A stretch of 63,468 bases of DNA, counting the filler, from Octopus bimaculoides (taxonomy: Eukaryota), in NCBI RefSeq assembly GCF_001194135.2. It is 4 parts of 4 records of this genome, joined end to end, with 100 filler letters (N's around TTAATTAATTAA, not from the genome) between each part and the next. Parts side by side here need not be neighbours in the genome. Positions count along the whole stretch, not along the records: positions 13,925 to 25,096 come from NC_068986.1; positions 25,197 to 48,912 come from NC_068998.1; 2 more parts are not named here. One strand, given 5' to 3'. Of the stretch, positions 24,226-36,392 are shown piece after piece. The translations under genes were made by a program, and so were the position numbers. Under the pieces are notes generated by a model, which worked only from the letters and a program-made list of their open reading frames with translations, did no database searches and was not told the origin of the DNA. Position 1 is the first letter of the stretch. Each line of letters opens with the position of its first letter.

Positions 24226-25096
24226 AAATCATGTTGGAGACGACGGAAAGCCCGTAGAATCCTCCCACGAAATGGTAGAGTGGAAGGGAGGAAAAGGAGC
24301 GGAAAGGTGTGCGGTTAGGGGTTTGGTGAGGGGAAGGAGAAAGGGCGGTGTTGCGATCGATTTGACGAGCGCGGGCAAGCGCGTTTTGGACAAGGGTTGA
24401 GGGGTATCCTCGATACCTGAACAGGCGGGAAAAGTACTGGGACTGGGTCTCAAAATCTTGGGCCCAGCTGCACAAGCGTCGGAGGCGGTGGAACTGGGAG
24501 TAGAGGATGGCCCGTTTCGTGTAGAAGGGATGGGAGGAGGAGAAGTTGAGGTAGAGGTGAGAATTTGTGGGCTTGAAGAAGGCGGAGGTTGTGAGAGTGT
24601 GGGAGGGGTGGTCAATAGTAAGAGAGATATCAAGGAAGTTAACAAAGGTGTTAGAGATAGTAGAAGTGAATTGGAGGAAGATAGAGAGGAAAGAGATGAA
24701 GTGGCAGAGTTGTTCACGGGACAGGGAGGTGGCATATATACAGTATTCTATGTAGCTACCGTACAACTCTTGGGTCGGTCCGGAGAATTGGGAGAATGCT
24801 GGGGCCTCAATGTGGCCAACAAATAGGTTAGCGAAATTGGGGTCCATTCTCGTTCCCATTGCGACCCCAGAAAAGTTGCTAGGTTTCCCCGGCGAACGTA
24901 AAGCAGTTGAGGGTGAGGAGGAGCTCTGTCAGGCGAAGAAGGGTGGAGGTGCTGGGTGTGGGGTCAGGGCGATGGTCGAGGGTGTATTGGAGGGCTAAGA
25001 GACCGTCGTTGTGGGAATCACCGTTTATAGGGATTTAATGTCCAAGGTGAAGAGGTGTGAGGGACCGGGAGGGAAAGAAAAGGAATTGAAGAAGCG
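24226..25096 (-). mobile_element. Penelope-like element reverse transcriptase remnant
   Basis: MGTRMDPNFANLFVG..E, LYGSYIEY (decayed RYIDD), FLDI, KPTNSHLYLNFSSSHP, YSQFHRLRRLCS, RGYP; GIY-YIG region absent. Confidence 0.92.
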
Positions 25097-25402
25097 NNNN
25101 NNNNNNNNNNNNNNNNNNNNNNNNNNNNNNNNNNNNNNNNTTAATTAATTAANNNNNNNNNNNNNNNNNNNNNNNNNNNNNNNNNNNNNNNNNNNNTATA
25201 TCTATATATACTAGCAGAAATGAAATCAAATCTGGAGCGTGTGTGTGTTTATATTAAAGCAGTCTCCAAAGTTGTCGATATCGACCTCTGGGTGTCGGTG
25301 GGAGTATTCAAGGGGGTCGATAAATGCACATCTACTTAATTATTATTATTATTTATTTATTTTCTTGTACATGCCTGGTGATCGACAAGGTGTCTAGGAT
25401 TC

Positions 25403-25600
25403 CATGAAGGGGTCGAAAGTATCTGGGTATCAATAAAGCGTGGAAACAAACGCCGGTGTGAGATACACCGTTCCATGGTTGACTCTTATCTTCGTGAATT
25501 TATGTGGAGAAGGAAATATGAGAAAGATAATTTATTTTATAAAATCCTAGAGTGTATTGCAAACTCGTTCTTGAATTTTTTAACTAATAAATGTCTGTTT
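25403..25600 (+). mobile_element. Merlin/IS1595 (ISXO2)-type DDE transposase C-terminal remnant
   Basis: GVESIWVSIKRGNKRRCEIHRSMVDSYLREFMWRRKYEKDNLFYKILECI matches the ESxW..K...YL.EF.WR motif. Confidence 0.75.
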
Positions 25601-25948
25601 TAAGCAATGTTTTGATTGTCATTTCTAGCAACTCTTGTTGGTTTCCTTGTAGCTTTAAAATATTTAATCTGCTCGCGAATGTTTTGTTTTTCACTGTTTT
25701 CACTGTTAACTTTGTTCATGATTCAAGTCTTGTATGAGGTGGCTATTGTAAATTAAAAACAAAGCTATCTGTATTTATTAGAGACGGCATCAAGAGGCGG
25801 TTATCATTTAGAAGACACGTGTGACCAATTTATCAAGATATGAGTGAAAAAGTACTCTCTAGCAGCAGCCACTAAACTTTTGGGGATGAAGACAAACTAT
25901 GGGAACCACATTTTACCTCTGAACACTACAAAAAAAAAAAACACTAGA

Positions 25949-27389
25949 TTACATATCACAACTTTAAAGTTAATACAATATCATCTTTTTGTGCTGTTCA
26001 TCCACATGTTTTTAGCTGTTCCTAAGAAAGTAGTTGCTAATGTATATTTTTAACTATTGCACCAACATTTTATTTATTTTTAAGTAACTAGATCTAACTG
26101 AAAAGGTGAGCTTCAGGCCCCAGTATTTATATTACTATTTATTATATAACTACCAAGAATGCACCCTGTCATGTAATGTTACTCTAGAAAACATTCGGAG
26201 GAACCTTATGTTGACCACTTGTACTCACAAGTCATGCATGTTAGCGGGACATCATTGAGACAAGGGCTGAAGTTTAAGTAGATCAGGACAGTATTCACGA
26301 GTGATGGAAAGAAAACGGCTGAACTGGATGTGAGAACTGTAGGCACTGGCACAGTAATACTCAAGCTTCAGTATTTGTCCTCTGAAAAGGAGAGGAGGTA
26401 AAAAATGCCAAACTCGTTATCGTCAATTCAGATTTCATGCCTATCCTCACCTATAGTCATGAATGTTAGGCGAAAAAATTTTAATATTCAACGTTAATTC
26501 CCATTGTTATAGAATTATATCAGATATGAAATATGTTGCAAATCGTCTTGCACATTAGTTATGAGTAAAAGATTTTTTGGTTATAATTTATTTTGCTTCT
26601 TTGCTGAATGGCACTAAGAGAAATAGGGAGCCATCAAGCTTGCTATCACATGAATTTTGCAGGTACCTATTTACCACCACTCAAGCAATTGTTATTTCTG
26701 GATGATAGACCCTTTCAAATGTCTCTCTGGCAACAATGTATTTACTACCATGTTTCCAAACCCTCCATCATCCATTGCTCCAGTGCCACACAACTTTCTA
26801 TTTATAGAAACCATTCTGCCAAAGAGATAGTAGCCGTCTTCAGTAATAAGCCATAAGTTAGAACAAGAGGAAAACTGTAGAAAGAGATTGCAATTTCAGA
26901 GGTGTAGCCAAGGTGAGGAAGCCACACTATCCCAAACAAAAATACCTCAAAGGTTTGTTCAGAGATTTTGCTTTCACAAATTTCAGTGCTCAGCTTTTGG
27001 TGCAGTTAGATGAACGTCTGTAAGTCACAAGTCCCAGAAAGCATCACCTGGTTTTTCAAAGTTCTTTAGTTCTTTACCTGTCAAGACTAGCTCTGCTTAT
27101 GCCAAAATATGACCAGTTTCCAAAAAGGCTTTAATAAGTTTTCCGACGAAGAAACCACGACACTATCACATGTGGCAATGACCACCACAAGCCAAATTCT
27201 CTTCACATTTTAGGTAGTAATATAATAAATAGTAATAAATAGTATAAATACTGGAGCCTTAAGTTCACCTTTTCAGTTAGATCTAGTTACTTAAGAATGA
27301 ATATGGCTACTACTTTCTTAGGAATAGCTAAAGCATAAGAAGTGGATGATTTGATATAGAGAATTAACTTTAAAGCGATGATTTGTAAA
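25949..27389. mobile_element. Non-autonomous DNA element with about 190-bp imperfect TIRs
   Basis: taagtaactagatctaactgaaaaggtga (26080) vs tcaccttttcagttagatctagttactta (27266); ttcctaagaaagtagt vs actactttcttaggaa; ctttaaagttaat vs attaactttaaag. Confidence 0.8.
26240..26470 (+). mobile_element. RTE-clade LINE RT C-terminal fragment nested inside the TIR element
   Basis: KFK*IRTVFTSDGKKTAELDVR...AKL......FMPILTYSHEC resembles RTE FKYLG..FTSDG...ELD.RI and PILTYGHE motifs. Confidence 0.65.
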
Positions 27390-27424
27390 ATATAAAGGAT
27401 AAAGTGTTTAAATTCATTTATGTA

Positions 27425-28942
27425 TACTGAACCACAAATGAAATGCGAGACGTGTATGACAGTGAAATATACTTTAATTTCATTATGTCAGAGATAAATT
27501 TTGATAAATCTGATAAAGTCAATTTCTTGGATGCACTTTGACCACAATCTATGGGCAGTTGTCATATGTTCTGGTAGTGGGCGGATTCAGCACATCGATA
27601 TTGTAGGGCGTGACATGTTCAATACCAGCCATACAACGTCGTTACATGGAGTGCATGAGGCAATTCACAAAAGCCATTGGCACCTGTACCCACACCCTAT
27701 GGAAAGCTGCCTCCAGTTCCACACGAGTTGTCGGCCTTGGAGTTGTCGGCCACTGGAGTTGTTCAGCTGTTTCTGGATTTCATCCTACATGTGTTCAATT
27801 GGGTTCAAATCCGGGCTGAGAGCTGGTCACGTCATGGTTCTGATGTTGTGCTGATGCAGGAAGTTCATGGTGACCCTGGCCGTATGGGAGGGAGTATTGT
27901 CCTGCTGGAACACGTGGCTATAGTGACGCGTGAAGAAGGGCACAATGTGAGGACTTAGGATCTGGTTAACGTAGCGCTGTGCTATGATGCCATTCCCTTT
28001 GCCTGCACCAACATTCTGGAACACACGGGGCCCGATTCTCTGATTCTGGCTTATAGCATCCCAAGCCATGATGCTTTGGCCACCCCACGCATCTCTCTCC
28101 ATGACATATGCGTCTTTGTAGCATTTACTCCCCCTACGCTACATCCTCACTCTGCCATCCGAGGTGGAAACGCAGTACTTGCTCTCGTCAGAGAAGACTA
28201 TCGACCTCCATTGTTGATGCTGCCAATGTCAGTGCTGCCAATGTCGGTGCTGCCAATGTCGGTACTGCCAATGTCGGTGGTGGGCGGTGAGAACAGGCCT
28301 TCGAGCAGGACGACGGCAACACAGGCTGTTGGCAGTCAATAGAAGTTGTACCGTGTTGTCGCTGTCCAGTGCCAATGGTCTCACGAGCTGTCATGCTGGC
28401 AGGTCTGAAGCAATCATGGAGGTATTGCAGGAAGATGAAGCAGTCCTGCCTGGGTGTGGTCATCTGGGGGTGCCCTCTACGAGCACGGTCTGCAGTGCTG
28501 TTGGTGTTGTTGTATCACTGTTGACGGCGATAAATGGTGCTGATATGGACATTGTAAGCTTTCGCAACAACCATGGTACGCTGCCATGCTTGCAATTGGC
28601 TGATAGCTTATTCCCTCTGCGCTGCTGACAATCGGGTCATACCTGATGCATCCAAATTACGAATGCTAGAAACGCGGTTCAAGTTGATTTTTATAGGCTC
28701 TACGAGATGCACGTGCATTTCGGTTTTCATGACAATTGATTGCGACTGCCACCCACGGCATTCAACGCAGCTGCGTTTTTGTGTCTCGTTTCAGGGAAAG
28801 TTGAAAGGTTACCTGCAATTTGGGTCTCAGTCATAAACCAACATGTCTTGGAATATTTGCACTTACATTCTCGAAATAAATTTTCAGAGTTTCCCATCTA
28901 AAAATGACATTTGAAAAATCGCATTACTTTTACGGTTCAGTG
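27425..28942 (-). mobile_element. Tc1-family (DD34E) DNA transposon, full length, inactivated transposase
   Basis: TIRs TACTGAACCACAAATGAAATGCGA and TCGCATTACTTTTACGGTTCAGTG, each bounded by TA. Minus-strand motifs WRSIVFSDESK, VFQQDNTPSHTA, WPALSPDLNPIEH; stops and frameshifts. Confidence 0.93.
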
Positions 28943-29729
28943 TATATGTGAGTGTGTGTATGTGTGTGTGTGTGTGTGTGCGCGCGCGCGTGTGTGTGTG
29001 TATTATTTCTTTACNNNNNNNNNNNNNNNNNNNNNNNNNNNNNNNNNNNNNNNNNNNNNNNNNNNNNNNNNNNNNNNNNNNNNNNNNNNNNNNNNNNNNN
29101 NNNNNNNNNNNNNNNNNNNNNNNNNNNNNNNNNNNNNNNNNNNNNNNNNNNNNNNNNNNNNNNNNNNNNNNNNNNNNNNNNNNNNNNNNNNNNNNNNNNN
29201 NNNNNNNNNNNNNNNNNNNNNNNNNNNNNNNNNNNNNNNNNNNNNNNNNNNNNNNNNNNNNNNNNNNNNNNNNNNNNNNNNNNNNNNNNNNNNNNNNNNN
29301 NNNNNNNNNNNNNNNNNNNNNNNNNNNNNNNNNNNNNNNNNNNNNNNNNNNNNNNNNNNNTATATATATATCCCCAATGTGCATTTATCAGCATTAACCC
29401 AATTTACCCACCATCTTCACCATTGCGAGTGTCACCATCACCACTACCAACAATCACATCAGCTCTACCATCATCATCTTCATCATCATCATCATCATTA
29501 CCATCATCATCCCTATCATCATCACTTTGCTCTCTTGGCTGGGAAACCGTTGTCAACCAGTTTCTATTTTCTCCTTTCTTCATCAACCCCTACATTAGCT
29601 TCATTGCTACCACCAAACCATGCATTACAATTTTATGCCAAACAATAAGGCTATTGAATTGGGTGATGAGTAAATTAATAGTTGCATGGAAATTAATTTG
29701 TGTAGTCAGTCTTGAATCCAAAAGAGGAA

Positions 29730-30170
29730 AATTGTGAATTTCTTCAAGTTTCTTAACTGTTTTGAGCAACTTCATCACAAACTCATATTCAAAAAAGGCT
29801 CCCCAATTATTATTCTTTGGAATTTGGATGCTCCACATTTATGTAATGGAACAAAACTGGTAGTCAAAAAAATTAATGTTACACCTCTTTGAAGCGACAA
29901 TTCCAGTAAGCTTTACAGCTAGTGAGAATGTGTTTATCCCAATATTTCCAATCGCTTCCACTTACATCCCGTTTAAAATAAAAATACTGCAGTTTCCAGG
30001 CAGTATTTCTTTAAGCATGTTCATGAAAAAATTCCAATATTAAAAGTGTTTGGACTACAACTGGAAGATCTCTGTTTGTCCCATAGTGAATTATTTACCA
30101 CTGCATCATATGTCGGAGCACAGAGACACCTTTTTGAGTATACTCCACAAGAACGGTATTTATAAAGTGT
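29730..30170 (+). mobile_element. Second, more decayed Helitron helicase C-terminal remnant
   Basis: HKLIFKKGSPIIILWNLDAPHLCNGTKLVVK, ENVFIP, LQFP, VFGLQLEDLCLSHSEL. Confidence 0.8.
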
Positions 30171-30589
30171 GTAGAATATTGTAAGCAGAAGTAGTGGGCT
30201 ATCTATGAGACTTGACTTTTTCCATCAAAGCATATTTCAACATAACATACAGCACCCTATAATTTGTAGCTTTCTCTACTTGAAGTTCTACCGTTGAACA
30301 TGATTTATTTCATATCTCTCAAACTTTCTAAATTCCCATGTAAACAACATACAATTCAAAGCCTCTAAAAATGGATGGAGAACATTCAAAGGGTTGGTTT
30401 GGTATAATGGTTGAACATCTGTCATGTTTACAGACGATGTGTTTTGACTTTTTCATCCAAGGAGTTTTTTTAGCCCATGCTATTATTTATAGCTTTATCT
30501 ACTTTGAGTTCTACTGTTAAAAACGATTTATTTCATATCTCTCGAAGTTTCTCAATTATTGTGACATAAATGATGTGTGTGTGTTTTAG

Positions 30590-31545
30590 TCCTCATCCCA
30601 CAAATATTAAGGTTTTGCAAATTTTGATTGTCCCAGATATTGTGATATTGTAGTGTATAAATTAAAGAGCTAGATTCTTTCTCCAAGAACCCAAGTCCAG
30701 CAATACTTTGCTCCAAGTGAGCTGATATGTATCCTGTTGCTCTAATTTTAATAGGAATGAAACTGAGAGTGTATTTCAGCAACTAGGTTTGCAAAACCCT
30801 TATCAATGGTACACATATTTTCTATCTCTTGTATTTTTCTTACCAAACTTGTGTCCAGAGGGCAGTTGATTTTCACAACAGGGCATATTTTTTCTTGTGA
30901 TCCCACACAATATCTGGTTGGTTATGTTTTAACTTGGTGGCTGTTTTAATTTCTAAGTCCCACCAATATTCTTTTGACCTATTGTTCTCAATATAATCAA
31001 CTTGCTGGTATTTTGTTTTTTTCTTATTCTGTTCCAGATTGTTCTGGCCACTTCATCTTACCTCATGGGAAGATTGCATACAAAAGACTTTGTCTTGCAG
31101 TTGGTCATAATGTGATTAAATTTTTCAGTTTAGTTTTGCACAATATTTATTGTCCGTCAATATTTTCTGCTATTTATTCTGTAGGTACTTAGTAGGGATC
31201 TTTTGCTCTTGAATTGCATGATGGGACCCTTCAAAGTGGGATGTCACAAACTTGTTGGTGCTCCATGCTAAGCTTCTTTACATTATTCCCATTATTGGTT
31301 GCGTCCTTCGAGCCAAGTACCTATGCACTACATTTTCAGTGAACTGGTCCATTTTCTGTTGTTATTGTTGTTATAAAAGAATTTACCAATGCTCCCCCAG
31401 GAGTGATCACATAAGCTTATTTCATGCCTCTCCCCCAGTTCGTTAGCTATCCTAATTATGTTGTTTTCTCTTGCTCTTGAGTTATATGGAGATAACCTTC
31501 AAAATGGCATGTCATAAACTTGTTGGTACACCTTGCTAAGCTTTA
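30590..31545 (-). mobile_element. Decayed RLE-type LINE (same group as 10935-11460)
   Basis: Minus strand with frameshifts: INHIMTNC..., YWWDLEIKTATKLKHNQPDIVWD, INCPLD, IKIRATGYI, GTIKICKT. Confidence 0.75.
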
Positions 31546-34156
31546 CATGTGATTTGTGTGTGTGTGTGTGTGTGTGTGTGTNNNNNNNNNNNNNNNNNNN
31601 NNNNNNNNNNNNNNNNNNNNNNNNNNNNNNNNNNNNNNNNNNNNNNNNNNNNNNNNNNNNNNNNNNNNNNNNNNNNNNNNNNNNNNNNNNNNNNNNNNNN
31701 NNNNNNNNNNNNNNNNNNNNNNNNNNNNNNNNNNNNNNNNNNNNNNNNNNNNNNNNNNNNNNNNNNNNNNNNNNNNNNNNNNNNNNNNNNNNNNNNNNNN
31801 NNNNNNNNNNNNNNNNNNNNNNNNNNNNNNNNNNNNNNNNNNNNNNNGTGTGTGTGTGTGTGTGTGTGTGTGTGTGCATACACTTTCATCAATGTGTCGA
31901 GTACTAGAAAGTCTGTACCAACACTTATTGAATAATATAATGCGAAAGAGGTTCTTTGGTTCATTACTGGAGGATGGAAAAAGGGACAGTATTTCTACTA
32001 AAGACCTGTTGTGACCTGATCTCATGTTTGCTAACACATTTGGACAAAATGTTGACAATGGGTCATGCAAAAATTGTTACAAGATCCGTTGCCAAGACAG
32101 CCTGAATATTAGTGGAAAAATACATTTTGTATATTAACTTACAAATTTGGAAATAATAGAAAATATTTGAAAATAATGTTCTGAAGGTTGATAAAACTAT
32201 AAGAAGTGATGAATATGAAACAGATGTTGAGTTATTGAATGAAGTAATCAAAAGGGATAGTGCAACATATCCACTTTTCTAATTCTCTAGTTTCTTTGGA
32301 ATAAGAACTAAAGAATTTGCATGTGCTCCATGAAAAATTTCACATAAAGCAACTTCGCTTGGATAAAATGTTTAAAAAGATAGCTAAAAATATTGTGTAC
32401 TCCAATTCAACTTCAGCTATCCTGGATATCCCACCTACATCATCAGAAACCCACGATGAAATGATCAACAACAAAACAAACAATAATCCTGACAGTGTTC
32501 AACTTCCAAATCTTCCTGATTAGTTTTACTGTTGCAGTAGAATTCTATAATTTGCCAATTTGAGGGCAGTAGTGCTGCAGCATTCTTTGTCAGTATAGTA
32601 ATTAATAAATATATTTTACATTTAATTTTTGAGCAACAAACTTGTTTAATGAACCCTATTTCGCTGATACAAGTACCTGTACAGTTAGTACAGTATTAAT
32701 AAACAGCACAGTACAGTATTAATAAACTTGTATCATTTATACTAATATACAGGTACCTATATTTCATTTATTTAAATATCTGTAGCATTTATTATACTTT
32801 CTATAAACTACGTGTAGCGATTTCTGATTACCATCCACCTCAATCAGCACCACCAGCTCTTTAGTTTTCCTTCCACTAACTTTAAAATGATCTCATCCTA
32901 CCCCCTAGGAAGTCTAATAACTATTTGTTTATTGATTTATGACAAAAATAAATTACATAAATTTCCTTAGCATACAAAACTACGCCATTACACTAAATAT
33001 GAAATTGATTGAAACAGAAATTGAAGAAAATGAAAAGTGGTAACCAAACAGAAAATATTTTTTCATATACAAATGCACATTGCATTTAAAATGTATAAAT
33101 ATATTTCGTTTTATATATAAATATAGTTCTTTCACGTGTATTAATGTATATTTTCTACAATAAGAATATTTCTTTGCATTAAAGTGCATTGAAATACACA
33201 AATATATTTATAATTACATTTTATGTTTATTTTATTTAATTCAAAGTGAAATAATAGTTTTAAATTATAAGGAAATAAAGCAAACCAATGCCTCCAAATG
33301 CAAAACGCATATATATATTTACACACTTCAAATACAAACAAAACATATTTACGGAAAAAAGTACCACTGTTGTGAATCCACTGATTGAAATCAGTTTCTG
33401 TTTTTAAAAAAATCAATGTAAATACCAATACTATTTTACAAAATAACAGACTCTGAATCTCTGACAGTTAAAGTTTGTTTAAAAAGCATCATAAAGTTGT
33501 TAAAAAGTGTTTGAAATGTCATCCTGTTTTCCCACATTTTGAGATAAGCTTACAATTTCTTGATGCTGCACATGTTTAAATGTTATAAATGTATCATGAG
33601 TTGTAAGCATTAGAATTTATCCTTTTAGTGAAATCAGGGCGGGGTTAATGTGAACAATGCAGAAGTAATTTGAAATCAGGTTCAGTTTATCCTGGTGATA
33701 AGTTGAAATTAATTTCAGATTACCAGGAAATACCTTGAAATGGGGAGTGATAACTTTACACTGGATGATACCAAATGTTGCTACAAGAAATAATTAAAGA
33801 GAATATGAGTATTTACCTGACACCGTCATGACAGTTACTAACAGAATTAGAGCAGACATTGCTTCACATCAAAGTAGTTCAATTAACTGAAAAGATTTTC
33901 ATATGACAAGTTCTATTTATAGTTTCTATCCAGATAAGAGAAAGCATGCATTTGTAGTTTCACGGTCTCTGTAAATAACTTTGAAACAATACTTGCTGAC
34001 TCACAAAAAGGAAGGGGATTCAGTTGTCGATAGTTTAAAATAAAACATAGATTATATATTATGAAGTATATTTTGATGCAATTTATTTTGAATAAACAAA
34101 GCTAAAAATAGAAAATATTTTATATCCTTTCCTTGCAAAAGAAAAGGACATGGTTG

Positions 34157-36316
34157 TTTTATATCCTCGTATTAGATATATAATATAACGAAGCAGGAGC
34201 AAGAAAGTATATATATGACGCACTACTATTGCATGAGATTCAACGCTTTGTATCAAAAGCTACAATTAACTGTTACAAACATGAACTGCCAATTGCTCAC
34301 AGTTCTTTAATTTATAACGATGAGTCAATCCACCTTTAGTCACTTGGGGATGGTTGGAATCTTTTCACAACATCTCCCCTTTTTAGAATCTTCCCTATCT
34401 TCACCCAATTGAACTTCACTCCGAGTTTTAATATCTCTTACGTTTAGGGTTCAATTCCAGTGTTTCTGTTCTTTACTGTTTGTTTTCTGGTGCTAGAACG
34501 TGTAGTTTCAAATTGTTTGGGTGTTGGTACCTCAAATGTGTCATGCAATACTTCCAAAGGGATTTCCTTTCTCATAACTGTTTTTTCCATGAATATTTTT
34601 TAAGCTGATTAATATATTTTTTGTATTCAAATTTTTTTTCCTTTTACCAGGACTATCATTCTTCCAGTTTGTTTATTACACCGTCCTCCCAGCTTTCTTT
34701 ACCATACCTATAGGTTTAAAAAAATCTTTGTCACCTAACTTGAAGAATTTTGAAGTATTTTTGTTGTTTGCCTTTTTTTTAATTTTCACTAAGTATAAGC
34801 TTATCAAAAATAGATCTGGCCTTTCTAGCAAACATCAATTCTGCGGGTGACATTTCTGATGGTGTATTCGGATCAGGTATTACTCGTTGCACTCTTAAAA
34901 ATTGAAGTGCAAAATCGTCTATCATTTAATTGTTCGCCTTTTTCAATTCCCTCTTGAAAGTGTCAACAAAATGTTCCGCTTGTCTATTTAACCTAGGATG
35001 ATAGGGTGGAGTGTGGACATGTTCGATAATAAACGTTTTGCAAAATTTTCGGAACTTGTCTGACATAAATTAAGTTCTATTATCTGACACAATGGTATTC
35101 GGAATACCATACCTGGTGAACAATTACTGTAACCGCAGATGTCAGTTTTTTACATTTATGCACTTCCGGCCACTTTGAAAAACTGTTCACCACAAGTGAA
35201 CCTGCATAATCAATATGCCGTCTGGCTCATGGAACATGTTTTTGGTCACGGTTGCCATTTAGTGGTAGGTGAGTTTTCAACTAAGGCACACCCACTGTAT
35301 GCTTTCACTAATTCTTCTATGTCACCGTCCACTGTTGGCCAATATACGCAACTTCTCATTAATGATTTCATTCTCGAAATCCTTGGGTGATCTTATGCAT
35401 TTTTGGAATATAATTTTGGTAATAATTTGCCAATCCTAAAAATGCTTGTAATATTAGTCGGAGTGAAAATATTTTTAATTGAATCTGCCCCTGACGAGTT
35501 TGGTCAATGTCCATTCATTTCTATCAATGATTTGTTCTAGATATCTTATTTCCTGTAAGAAAAATTCACACTTTTCTTCAGTCAAAGTAAAGCCGTAATC
35601 CCTAATTTTTTCGAATACATATTTTAAGTGGTCGTGTCGATCACTGGATTTACTTTTAATGAATATATCATCCAGATATGGAATTGCGAATTCACAGTCT
35701 GCTAGCATTGCATCCATGAAAAATCGCTGGTGTGACTTTTAATCCAAATAGTAACCTGTTGTATTTATACAGTCCTTTATGTGTGTTAATTTTTAAGTAT
35801 TTAGAGCATTCATCGTCTTCTCTCATTTGTAGGTATGTGTCAGAGAGATCCAATTTAGAAAATATCTTGCCACTGTTTAATTTCGCAAAAATATCCTCCG
35901 GAGTAGGTAGCGGACAGTGGCACATTTTAAGACATTTGTTTAAACCAGTGGAAAAATCAGCGCACACTCCGATTTTATCATTCTTAATGTACACAGTTGA
36001 TGCTGCCCATTTACTGTATTCCACTTTTTGGATAACTCCAATTTTTTCTTGTCTCTCTAACTCTAATTTTATCTGTTCTAATACTACGAACGGTACTCTT
36101 TACTCTTTTTTACTATTTTTACTTGTTTCAGTCATTTGACTGCGGCCATGCTGGAGCACCGCCTTTAGTCGAGCAAATCGACCCCAGGACTTATTCTTTG
36201 GAAGCCTAGTACTTATTCTATCGGTCTCTTTTGCCGAACCGCTAAGTTACGGGGACGTAAACACACCAAGTGAAGTTGGGGGGACAAACACAGACACACA
36301 AACATATTCACACACA

Positions 36317-36392
<76 letters not shown>

